The notes under the pieces are model-generated. The model searched no databases and was not told where the DNA came from. It was given only the letters and a program-made list of their open reading frames with translations. The position numbers and the translations under genes were made by a program. A stretch of DNA of 64,000 nt from NCBI GenBank assembly GCA_043228905.1, contig JBHGNT010000014.1, positions 1,054,001-1,118,000 of the forward strand, read 5' to 3'. The DNA comes from Azolla caroliniana (lineage: Eukaryota; Plantae; Polypodiophyta). Shown here one piece after another: positions 50,801 to 61,291 of the stretch; within the stretch, counting starts at the first letter, position 1; every line of letters starts with the position of its first letter.

Positions 50801-52182
50801 AGCTCTCGTCCGGCGGCATGGCGTAGTCGGTCGTCGCTCTCTCTTCTCCCCCGCTCGCGGGCCGTGTTGTGACCGACCGCCTCGCCTCATGTTGCCGACA
50901 CACCCATTCCACTTCGGGCCACTCCTCGGTGAGACCATGCGCCCCATAATCGTCTTGAAGCTCGAACATGATGTCCGTCCTCTCCTCATGATGGACCGTC
51001 TCCAAAAATAGGAGGACTTTGTCCGCCCCCACCGATCTTCGTTCCCACTCCGAGAGTTGAGAGAAACGACGCTCGAACTCTCGGAATGCCTCTATTGCGC
51101 TCCGATGGCGCCTCGCCGACGCCATCCACCGATCGAACTCTCGCCGACCTCTTACCTCCGATTCCGCGCACCCGTATGCCTCCATTAGAGCCCCTTCAAA
51201 GGACTCCCACGATTCGTGAGCTTCTTGGAGCTCCTTGACCTCCTCGTACTTTGATGCGGCCGCCGCTCGACGAAAGAACTCTAGCCTCGTCGCTTCGTCC
51301 ACGCCCATCCCCGTCATTTCCGCATCGTAGGCTCTCAAAAATTTTGGGACCTCCTTCCCATCGAACCGGCCGACTAGACGGACCACCCTTTCGACCGCTT
51401 GTTGAGCCGCCTCTCGCCTCGCCCTCTTCCGTCCGGCGTCCATCAAGATCTTTGTCATCATCTCCTCGAAGTCGAAGCCTTCTTCCATCTCTTTCTCCCT
51501 TGCCGCCCTTCACGTCGGGTTCACCAAAGATGTCGCGTTGTTACGCGCGTGCGTGGAGAAGGGCGGAACCACGGGGGTCTCGGACTAAGGAGAAGGGGAG
51601 AAGGAATAGGACTTCGGAATGGAGCTTAGCACAAGAAGAGGAAGAATGAACAAGATATATTAGAAACGAAAACCGATTACAAAATGGCGGCCGCGTAGGC
51701 CGCACCGAACGACTATGATAAACCCGAAACCCTAATCCGACGAAGAAGAAAAGAAACCCTAACTAAGGAACCCTAAACGAAATGGTATACCTTACTCACA
51801 CTCAAAAATAAGGCAACCCCCACAATGGTGCTCTTCCTCTCCCTTTATAGCACAAGGAGGGAAGACCGTTACATAAAAGGGTGCTACAAAATATCCCCTT
51901 TCAATCAATGGGGATATTTCCCTTGATTTTAGGGGAGGTGGGAAGGATGGGTCTTAACTCCCACCTCTACACGAACTACTATGTACCTATCTCTCTCTCT
52001 CACGTGGATGTGCGCGCAAAAGCACATCACCTTTACACTTTACAAATCCTATGGTGCATTTCTAGCACCATACTTATCACTATCGATAAATAGAAATACA
52101 ACATGTTGATGTGCAACGTTGCACATCGCGGGTTTGCTTGCTTCGCTCGGTTTTCCGCCTATGGACGAAAATCTTCACGACA
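47809..52182 (-). mobile_element. Young non-autonomous Gag-only LTR element F (Trp-primed lineage)
   Basis: 652-bp LTRs 47809-48460 and 51531-52182, identical by eye; PBS-Trp; PPT identical to A; 4-bp TSD ACGT. Confidence 0.95.
48453..51488 (-). CDS. 1011-aa Gag-like protein with a long repetitive, acidic and Gly/Ala-rich tail; no pol
   Basis: First ~200 aa align with Gag of A (RFDGKEVPKFL..Y..EM, FREFERRFSQLS, VLLFL, LTEEW); stop lies in the 3' LTR. Confidence 0.85.
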   Translation of the reverse strand: MEEGFDFEEMMTKILMDAGRKRARREAAQQAVERVVRLVGRFDGKEVPKFLRAYDAEMTGMGVDEATRLEFFRRAAAASKYEEVKELQEAHESWESFEGALMEAYGCAESEVRGRREFDRWMASARRHRSAIEAFREFERRFSQLSEWERRSVGADKVLLFLETVHHEERTDIMFELQDDYGAHGLTEEWPEVEWVCRQHEARRSVTTRPASGGEERATTDYAMPPDESSSRTGLEGLDLQALIREACGLVMAKIEAEEWLIAGSGPSGSEDAEEGASSHTEDGAYAEAEREWYIGTTGEGAERTALSTWGKRTTGDEVGDGEAAIAYSSGHGGFGTRWPESSSTEETSGGTATFHAPVQETTAAGPSARVRPREKNGGGGKAGNRDNGKETAEEAAASITDACIYGGGVATDNDVRAEVATDITSTSGGPATLHASFLEITAAGPSARVRPMVKGGGGGKAGDHGVDTREGAEQATLSSRGKRTAMDEADIYGAMDATSRVGGSFGTRLPETFYEDFASILEACEMEEEDETSDGVANFHTPALEASAVGPSAGTRPRATDGGGGKADNRDEDETGEEEAAASILDACETEDGVATDDDVRMEVATDERSGGVATFHTPVLETPAPGPRAGERPRVTDGGGGKAGNRNDDDMGEGAERATLSSCGEWTAKDEAGDYKAESATSKVGGRFGARRPKTSSGEEASGGAATFHTPALEASAVGPSAGTRPRTTGGGGGKAGKQNVAENEDVCAQKNEHDITKDVCGRAGQEGQEGVPPSETEVGEERYLSERVREEERNAKRAMRSHEGQATSTGTMVCSTAREHGKQREGEKCVMGSSKDRSTSTHSEDDTDVRGSLRKASAEREESARRGVRHGKGGIRRAAGEIGRASGGYTRQTKEEQPGRQRRSGGPIGEESAGIGNGGPDVDGGSRKHGGCGESDGADGSRPFGGDGGPEGDGGSCGRGGLARSGRQSRASPRGCQGLGWPPWPKISRFVPLLAHTGGCAVRWGRMS

Positions 52183-52800
52183 ACGTGTAGCAATGTATGA
52201 ATGCATATATGTATGTCCATGTACGAATGCACATATGTATATGCATATGTAATGTATGTGATGTATGCAATGTGTGTATGTGTATGTGTATGCATATATA
52301 CATATGCCAATGTATATGATTCAATGTGTATGGATATGTGATTGTAATATGTGCATAACATATATGTGTATATCTAATGTAATGTATACATTTACTATTG
52401 TTGATGTATGTATATATGTATATATGTAATTTATGGAACATATATGTATGTATGTATGTATGTGTATGGATGTATGTTTCTAAAATTTATATGTGTATCA
52501 TTGTAGGCATATGTACGTATATATGTGTAGCAATGTATGAATGAATATATGTATGTCCATGTACAAATGTACGAATGTGTATGCATATGTAATGTATGTG
52601 ATGCATGGAATGTGTGTATGTGTATGCATATGTAATGTATGTGATGCATGCAATGTGTGTATGTGTATGCATATATACATATGTCAATATATATGATTCA
52701 AAGTGTATGGATGTGTGATTGTAATATGTGCATAATATCCATCCATGTATATATCTAATGTATGTATGGCTATGTATATATGCACTATTGTAGTGTGTAT

Positions 52801-52849
<49 letters not shown>

Positions 52850-52900
52850 CAATGCTATCTATGTACATATGTAATGTATGTATGTATGTATGTGTATGCA

Positions 52901-55900
52901 TTGTTGTTGGCGTTGCTCCAGGTGAGCCATGCTGGCCACTCGTTGTTCGCCAAGTTCAAGGAGTTGTTCGAGCCGATATTGCTCTGATTGAGCCTCAAGT
53001 AGCCTTTCCTTAACCTGAACTCGGAGACTTGGAACTTGGAACTCGATCGGCATGACTGCTTCCAAACCAAAGGCCAACTGAAAGGGTGTAGACTGAATGC
53101 TAGTTTTGAATGTGGTGCGATACACCCATAATGCACTCTGGAGCTTGTCATCCCAATCGGTGCGGTTCTCATTGACGATCTTTTTCAGGATTGTCTACAA
53201 AATTTTATTAGTCAACTCTGCCAATCCGTTTGCCTGTGGATAGTACGACGTACTTTTCTTATGTACGACCGCGTAGTGTGTAGTGAGTTGGCGAATTATG
53301 TGGTTTAGAAAATGCCCGCCTTGGTCACTAGTGAGCTCGATTGGGGATCCATATCAACACCATAGATGTTCGTATACGAAATTTGCCGTGGATGCAGTGG
53401 TATTGTCCTGTAGTGCCTTAGCCTCGACCCATTTTGTGCAATAGTCCATGGCCATGATGATGTATTTGTTACCGGTGCGGGCCGCGGCTGGTTTAAAAGG
53501 TCCTACAAAATCTAACCCCCACTTTTGAAAGGGCTCTAACGGAAGAATGGGTTAGTGCGGCATCCGGCCTTGCTCGGTCGGTTGTCCCATGCATTGACAT
53601 AGATCGCATTGTCGACAAAATTCATGAGCATCTTTTTTTGTTGTGGGCCACCACAAGCCACTCTGCCATATTTTTCTTGTTGTGGCCTCTCCAACGTAAT
53701 GTACCCCCGCGATTCCGTGATGTGCCTCCTGGAGGATTGCGGATTTCTCAAATTGACGGATTGCATGGCGCCAGATGCCATCCGAGCCTTTGTGGTAAAG
53801 GGTCTCGGAAACAGAAATTTCGGCTTCTGACAGCTAGTCGTTTCCGAGTGTTGAGGGTCAAGTGGTCAGGAGGAAGGCCGGTGCTGAGAAAATGGGTCAT
53901 CTCTACGGACCATTCATCCTCATTTGCTTCTGGCACCGTTGCGAGACTGAAAAGGGCGGCATCGGGTGATTCATCGTACGTGAACGCGGCTGGTTCGCCT
54001 AACTCGAGGCGATTGAAGTAGTCAGCTACGACGTGTTGGATGTCGGGCTGGTGTTGGATCTGAAAATCAAACTCCTGTAGCAGGAGCATCCATCGGGCCA
54101 GGCGACCTGTGAGGGCCTTCTTATTAACCAAGTAGAGGAGGGTCGAGTGGTCGACGTGGAATGTGAAGTTCCGGTCCAAGAGATAATGCCGGAATTTGTT
54201 GATGTTGTAAACCATACCGAGGGCCTCGCGTTCAGTGGTTGAGTAGTTGTTTTCCGCGGCCGAGAGTCGTCGACTAGCGTAATACACTGGCCGATACCAA
54301 TTTGGTGGTGTGCATTGCATGAGCGCGCTGCTGATGGCTATATCTAATGTGTCTACGAAGATGTGAAAAGGTTCCGACCATACCGGTGGCTGTACCACAG
54401 GGGCATGGGAGAGCATTAACTTCAAGGCTTGGTACACTTCGTCTTCTATTGAAGACCACTAAAATGGGAGTCTATGTACCGCCACGTGCAAAGGGGTCGC
54501 GAAATCGACCAGGTGTCACAACATCCAGCTATGCCATCTAATTTGGCCCAAGAATCTGCTGAGAGTCTTCGCGGTAGAGGGCGCGGGGGCATTCAGAATG
54601 GCCTGCACTTTATCCGGGTCCATGGCGATACCTTCCTGGCTTACTATATGGCCGAGCAGGTTGCCGCTTGTCACCAAGAACGCGCATTTTGCCGGATTTA
54701 AGCTCAAGCGAGCGTGTCAGCATCGTTCGAGATAGAGCCGTAGCTGGGTCATATGCTCTAGCCGCTGGCCATACACGGCAAGTCGTCGAAGAACACTTGC
54801 ATGAACGCCGGAATATACTCGTTGAAAATCTCTGAGATGATGCGTTGGAACGTGGCCGGTGCCATCTTTAATCCGAACATCATTACCTCGGCCACGAAGA
54901 CACCCCAGTCCGTGACAAACGTCGTTTTCTCCTGATTGTCCGGGTGCATTCGGATTTGATCATAGCCACTGAACCCATCGAGGAAACTGCAGCATTCATG
55001 ACCAACCATCGTGTTGAGGACACTATCCATTGTCGAGTTGTTATGCGCGTGCGTGTAGAAAGAGGTGGGACCACGGGGGCCTTGAACCGAGGAGCGAGAG
55101 AGAGAGAGAGAGAGAGAGAAGAGAAGAGAAGACTTGCAGATACGCAAAAGGGAGAAGGAAAGAGAAAGAAACGGCACACTTAATTACAGTGACAATCGAT
55201 TACAATATCCAGAGATTGCAAACTCTGACGATTACAACCAGCAAGGCGGCGATGGACCCGACACGGGGATCCTAGTCACGCACACAGACAGAACACACTC
55301 GACTCAAAGAAACAAAAAGGGGAGAGCCTCTACTGGAAGCACAACGGCTGTCAATGAAGCAGAGGCAGCGAACTCCTGACACCCACAGAGACCGACGATC
55401 GGAGGAGAAGAGAGAGCTCGGCACTAAGTTCTGCAGCAGCACTTCGTCCTCGCCAACGCGCGATCCCCTTTCTTTCTTTTCTCCCTCCTTAAATAGTTCA
55501 CAAAAGGGGGACTGTTCTTCCCTAGTCAAATCGCTTTATTCCCTATCCCTTTTGACAGAGATACACACCAATCTTCTAATAAATATGTACTACCTAGTAT
55601 TTACATCAACCGACCTAATTAAGACTTATGTCCACAATATCAATTCTCGCGTCCACCTATGTGAGCGCCGGTTCATGCACCCTTTTTCTCTGATTCCGCC
55701 TATCGCCAGTTTTCTTCACGACACCATGAACGGAGGAGGGAACCCATCCGTGACTGTCGCAACATTGAGTTTGCGGTAATCAACGCAAACGCAGATTTTC
55801 CCGTTTTCCTTGGGGACCACAACGATTGGGCTTAACCATGTGGCTCTTTTTACTGGGCGTATAAAGCCTACTCGAAGGAGTTTGTCGATTTCCTCTTTGA

Positions 55901-58900
55901 CCTTAGCCGTGTAGTTGGGGTTCATACGGTACCGTCGTTGTTGGATTGGCCGAGTGTCCAGTAGGAGGTGTACTTGGTGTTGGTAAAATTGGGGATCCCA
56001 TCCCTTCATATCCGTGTAAGACCAGGCGAATACATCATGATATTTCGTGAGCAGGTGTATCAGGGCTGGCCATTCATCGGCTCGTAAGTTATTAGCGATT
56101 TGAAGTGTCCACGGGTTCTCATCTGAGCTGAGGTTCAGTGACTCAGGCGTTGATGCGTTTACCTACTAGGAAATGGCGAGTTCTCGTTCGAACGCGTCCC
56201 ACGCTTGTCGTAGTTCCGCGATAGTGGTGGGATCAGCGTCATCCTAGGGAAGGGAATCTGTCGTGCCATCCTCGTCCAGTGGTGTGCCAACACCACCGAA
56301 ATGACGTTTATTTCGAAGAGGGGTACGATAGTGGGGTGATCTTCTCAGAAGTCATCCACCTCTTCGTCAGCTAAGCCGTCGAGCATGTGGACCCCTTCTA
56401 CGTATAAGGGCGTAGTGTTGTGAGGCGTGGTTAGGGGTTCTTCAGTTATTACCTGTACCTTGGACTTCCCCCAACGGAAGGAGATCATATTCCACTGCCA
56501 ATGTTGTTTAATATTTTTTGTGCGTAGCTAGGGTCGGCCAAGCAGCATTGGGTAAGCGTCCGGAGCTTCGAGGCGTAACACGACTGCCGAGATAGTGAAC
56601 AGGTGGCCGCCTAACGTGAAATCAAGGTGGCGGATTAACCCAATGGGGCGAACCGATCGCGTATTGGTCATCCGCAGCCAAAAGGGGCAAGGCTCCCATT
56701 GGTTTATGTCGAGGGTGTGACATGTGGCCTCACTGATGACATTCACACCGGAGCCACCGTTGATTATGCACCCATGAAGGTCGCGTCCTTTAATCATGAT
56801 TTTCACGGCTGGATTCTGGGAATTCATGAGGGGTGGGCCCGTCCCTGGCTCTGTCAGGTTAACAAGGGGTACGACCGATTTGTCGTTAGCCGTGAGCTTA
56901 GCCAAGGTATCCCGAAAGCGCGGCATGAGCGGTAACAACTTATGTAATGGCAACGAGATCCTAGCGCTTGTAAGGGCTTCCCATAGATGGTCATCTTCTG
57001 CCGTGGTGGATGGTCCTGCGGCCAGTGGTGCGTCCATGGTCACGTCCTGCATCTCTGTGTGCATCCGTGCCACGTTGCTTTTGTTGGCGGTTTCAATCCA
57101 TTCCTTGGCTACTTGTCAGACGTCATCTTGTTCTTGCCATTGGCTGGCGTGGGTCTTGCTACGTGTAGTGACATGTTGGACGTCGGCCATAATAGTATTC
57201 ACAGCCAGGGCCTTGTCGCGGTCCGTGGTTGGGCATTGGGTAGCGTAGTGGCCGGGTTGGTTACAATTAAAGTAGATAACGGATGCCGAGTTGTTGGTGT
57301 CACCGTGCTCAGTATGTGGGAAGGGTTGTGATTGGTTCCCGGCCGCTTGGGTAGGCGTGTTGGCCCATGGCGCGGTGTGCGGGGCGTTTGGAGGGGGGTC
57401 CCGACGATGATTGTTGTTCGGACGTCGATTGTTCCGCGGACCTCTATAAGAGTTTCGTCGGTCGTTTCGTGTATACCGCTGATCGTACCGGTCCTCCCGA
57501 TCATCGCCGTACCGATCGTACTCATCGTTCGCTCTATATTGGTCGTCGTGGTACTGGTCATGTTCGTCTGATCTCCTGCGATTGTCGTGGCGGTACCAGT
57601 CGTCATGGCGACGATAGTCGTCGTCGTGGCGCTGGCGATCCGGGGATCGTGGTCGCTTGTTTGCCCGATGTCGGTATGACTGACGTTCATCATGTCGGGA
57701 GTATGTATTGCGCAGCTCAAGCTGGCGAACCGGAGCCGCCATTGTGCGGTTGAGCATGTTGTACTGACATTGTTCGATCGTGTGAGCTCGGGACTGACAT
57801 ATTGGGCAGTGTGGCCGATGAGGGCACTCAAGAGCCAGATGGCCTGAGCCTGAGCAGGCCGTGCATTGAAGGGCTTGTTGGAAACGATTGTCCTCCTGCA
57901 GAAGGGAACTTTGCAAAGAGCCCATGGAGAAAACCGGGTTATGCTACGTGCGATGACTTGCTCAATAGTCAGGTTGGAGAAATTTGTAAGTGCGAGAGTT
58001 GTTCGTAGAGGCTCCCGTAGGCTGGACAGGAAGGTATCCGGAATGTGATGAGCGGAGACATCGTCGGCTAGTTGTCGGTAGAGATCCTGAAATTGGATCG
58101 TGAACTGAGCGACCATCTCGTGAGGTTCTTGGCTCATGGAAAAGAATTGTCGGAGTAGTTCCCGCTTCAGAACTTGGCGGTGAAATAACTGTAGAAACTT
58201 TGTCCGGACGTCCTGGAACGTTGTGACCTCTCCCATGTCAAGGCGGGAGTACCATCAAGCAGTCGGGCCATCGAGGGAAAAAACAAATTCTGCGAGTTTG
58301 GAGGCCTCGATTTCGGCAGCCGATAACCGCTGCGTCGAGTGGTTGGCCTGCCATGTGGACACAAACGCCCGGGTGTGTGATTCCGCGTCGAGGCCTTCAG
58401 TATACCATGGGTAAGGGTAAGGCATGGTATCAAGATCTGGGTCCTCGGGTAAAGCCGGAAAAGGGTTAGGGTTAGGTTGGGTGACCTCTGGAGGGCTCGG
58501 CGGCGAGGTTGGTGTGGAATCAACTCGCGACTGGGTATCGGGTGGCAAGGATTGCAACCGATGAGCCTTCGATAGTTCCTGGAACGATTGGTCAGTAACC
58601 GCCGAGACGGAAGTTCCTTCGACTGGTTCAGGGCGTCAGGCAGGTGGCCGAGACCACGTGATGCGATTGGGTGCCGTAATGGCGGCTGGAGTTTGCTTCC
58701 AATGTAGTTCATTGTGACCTTACAGTTGTAACTGGGCGTGCCAAATTGTGTTAACCATTTCTGGGAAAACACCTTCAATGAGCCCACAGGCTTTCATTGT
58801 CAAGGGATCGTGTTACGTGGAAGTCTCTTCTACACGGGGAAAAGAAAGGAGAACGAGGAGCGTACACGGCTACAACCCGTTAGGCATAAACGTAGCTTGA

Positions 58901-59237
58901 TTTACGAGTATGGGGAGAATACATAGATAGAAGAATAAAAACGAAACTTATATTAATGATGAAGCTCACAGTGATTACAGTACTCGGCCTCAGCCGGAAA
59001 TAGTTCGTACAGAGCTTGTTGTTGTGATATTACTCTCGCTAAGAACGATCTACCTCCTCCCCCCTTGAGGTATGCATAACTCGGGTTATATAGTTTTCCC
59101 CTTCAGAGAGAGCCGAGCCATCGGCTGATTGTGAGGGCTAAACACGGCTATTTCTGGTCTTACCTATTTCCTCACCTACTCTTCTACCTAACGACGAGTT
59201 TACATAATATATTTATATTTCTGGCCTATGGACAACA
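52901..59237 (-). mobile_element. Decayed Gypsy element J (tRNA-Arg-type PBS), 3'-truncated in integrase
   Basis: 5' LTR ~58749-59237; PBS TGGCACGCCCAG; Gag zinc knuckles CTACSGSGHLALEC and NCNQPGHYATQC; protease MLLGRP; RT LDGFSGY, FFDD; RNase H YYASR..TEREAL; integrase 53800-52905. Confidence 0.9.
55031..55723 (-). mobile_element. Solo LTR of the Trp-primed lineage inserted in the RT of J
   Basis: TGTCGAG...TTCACGACA; 4-bp TSD CCAT; RT reads FPPPFM|DSVLNT across the site. Confidence 0.9.
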
Positions 59238-61288
59238 TTGAATCCCACGATCCGGCCTTCATTCTTCCTCAAAAATGTCTAGAATGTTCCAATGGTTCCT
59301 CGGGAAGTTGTTCTGTCGTCTGTTGCTGCTGTTGTTCCTCCTCCTGTTGTTGCCCCTGCTTCTATTGTTCCTACGGTTGTGGCTGCTCTTGTTGTTGCTC
59401 CGGCTCCAGTTGTGGCTGCTTCTGCTTGTCTTTAGTTTCCTGTGGCTCTGTTGGTCTTACCGGCTCCACTGGTTGCTCCGATTCCACTGGGCCCTCCGGT
59501 TCTGCTGGTCTCTCCGGTTCTGGTTCTAGTGGTTTGGGCTCCTCTCGTTGATGGTTTCCCGTGTGCTGGTTTCCATCCTTCGGCTGCTCCTCCGAAGTTA
59601 TGTTCTTCTTCTCCTCTTGAGTTACATATGGTTGGCTTCCCCCCATTTCGGCTTCATTCGGCGCCTACTCTGAAGACTGCTCTTCATCACTGATGTTGAT
59701 TGCCGTAGTTCTTCCAACCACTTCGTGGTGTCACCGTTCTCATTCATACCGCTCGAGCTGGAGTTGTGTATCCAGCTGGTCATCGTCCAGCTGCTCCACT
59801 AATCACCTCACCACCACCAATTGGTCCCCTGCTAATGATAGGAAGTCATCCGACAATTCCTCCCTTATGGCAACAATGTTTTCCTTGTCCAATTTATAGA
59901 AATTGTTGTCGTTCTTCCACCGGTTCTCCGCATCCGATCGCAACAATTGTAACTCCGCCGCCTGCTTAGCCCATTGAGACCACCATTGAACCGAACTTTC
60001 TTCTACCAGTCTTTTCGTCCAATCTCTCCATGCCAATACGATGTCCCGGATCCGCCCCAACCCCATCCTCGACTTGTTCTCTACGGCCTGTTTTTCGTCC
60101 TTCAATTGTTTGATCAGGCTCGCAGTTGCCATTTCTTGGCTTCTGTAGTGCATGAGCTAGGTCTGATAGGTCGTCTGCACTTTGTTCAAAGCCATTGTAG
60201 CACGCTCCGTTGCCTCTAAGTGTTGCCGGGTCAGCTCTACCCGTTCTTTCGCCACTTCTGCAAGTTGTTTTCCTGCTTCAGCCCCCTTCGACCATTCCTC
60301 TACCTAGGTTGCCATGGTCCGGTTAATTTCCTCCCGGAGTTCCCTGCACTTTTCCTATTGCCGGTCACTTTCAGTGATCAATTTCTTATGATTAGCATCC
60401 AAATGGTTATAATCCTGGTGCAGTCGGTCAAAGTCATCGGTTTTCTGTTTTAGCTTTTGATTGATTAGCCGGCGAGCATGGTCCTCACGGTTTTTTTGTT
60501 GCCGGAGCTCCTCTTTGAGGCACTCAATCTCCATTTCTACCGTTCATCGGAGTTTCTATTTCTCTTCTTTCAGCCAGTCATACACTTGATGACCTTTTCT
60601 CAAGCTTTCCTCTGCTCAGCGGAGGCTATCGGTCGTCTTTCTTTGTTCCTCCTCCGCCACTTGGCTCGTAAGGCTTCTTGTGCTGCCAAGTCTTCCCGTA
60701 ATGTGGCAAGCTCTTGTGTTGGCGTTTTATTAGTATCCGGGCCTGCTTCAGTCACTTGGGTCTTATTGTTCTGTAAAGTTACCGCAGCCACCGGTTCCGA
60801 TTGCTGTGGTCCTTCTATTACCCACTTGGTCATTTCTGTTCTGGCCTTCTCTATGTCTTCCTCCATGCTCTGGATTCTTGACCGGGCCTTCTCTAAATTC
60901 TCAGTTGTGGCTAACAACCAGTCTTCATGCGCTCTCTCTTCCGCTTCTAACTGGCAGACGACCCCGGTCACTTGTTCTGCTATCCATCGTAGCCATTGAC
61001 TGCCAATGCCCTGTTGTCGTGCATGTTCTAGTCGTGGGATGGCTTCTTCACTGGCCATGAGCCTACTATGGAAGGTTACGTCAAGCGGCCACTCTGGTTC
61101 TGGCTATTGCTACTGCGGCGGCAACACCGGCAATTCAATGGCCGGTTCTTGATCCACCGGTACTGTCGTGTCCTAGCCCGCTGATTCTGCTATGTCCTGC
61201 CCCACCGATTGCTCTGCCACCGATTCTTGTTGAATCAGTTCTAACGCCTTCCTTGGTTGCAGCTCCTCAGGGAGGGGTTCCAGTATAA
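59238..61288 (-). pseudogene. Decayed coiled-coil / E-Q-P-rich ORF of an unidentified TE
   Basis: Collinear fragments 61058-60600, 60153-59803 and 59646-59371 with heptad-like and EPE repeats. Confidence 0.4.
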
Positions 61289-61291
61289 TGT

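Larger units (their letters stand above)
47247..52900. repeat. Degenerate (TGTA/TATG)n microsatellite field split by element F
   Basis: Two blocks, 47247-47808 and 52183-52900, including (TG)n near 52804-52846. Confidence 0.85.

Noticed and set aside
48381-51649. Many overlapping plus-strand ORFs in F (likewise in A and K)
   Set aside because: Shadow frames of GC-rich coding sequence with no recognisable motifs.
47175-53013. His/Thr/Tyr/Ile- or Cys/Val/Met-rich ORFs (also 44490-44699, 45618-45982, 28036-28653)
   Set aside because: Translations of TGTA/TACA/TG microsatellites.
59228-59551. Cys-rich metallothionein-like ORF
   Set aside because: Antisense shadow of the Glu/Gln/Pro repeat ORF on the minus strand.
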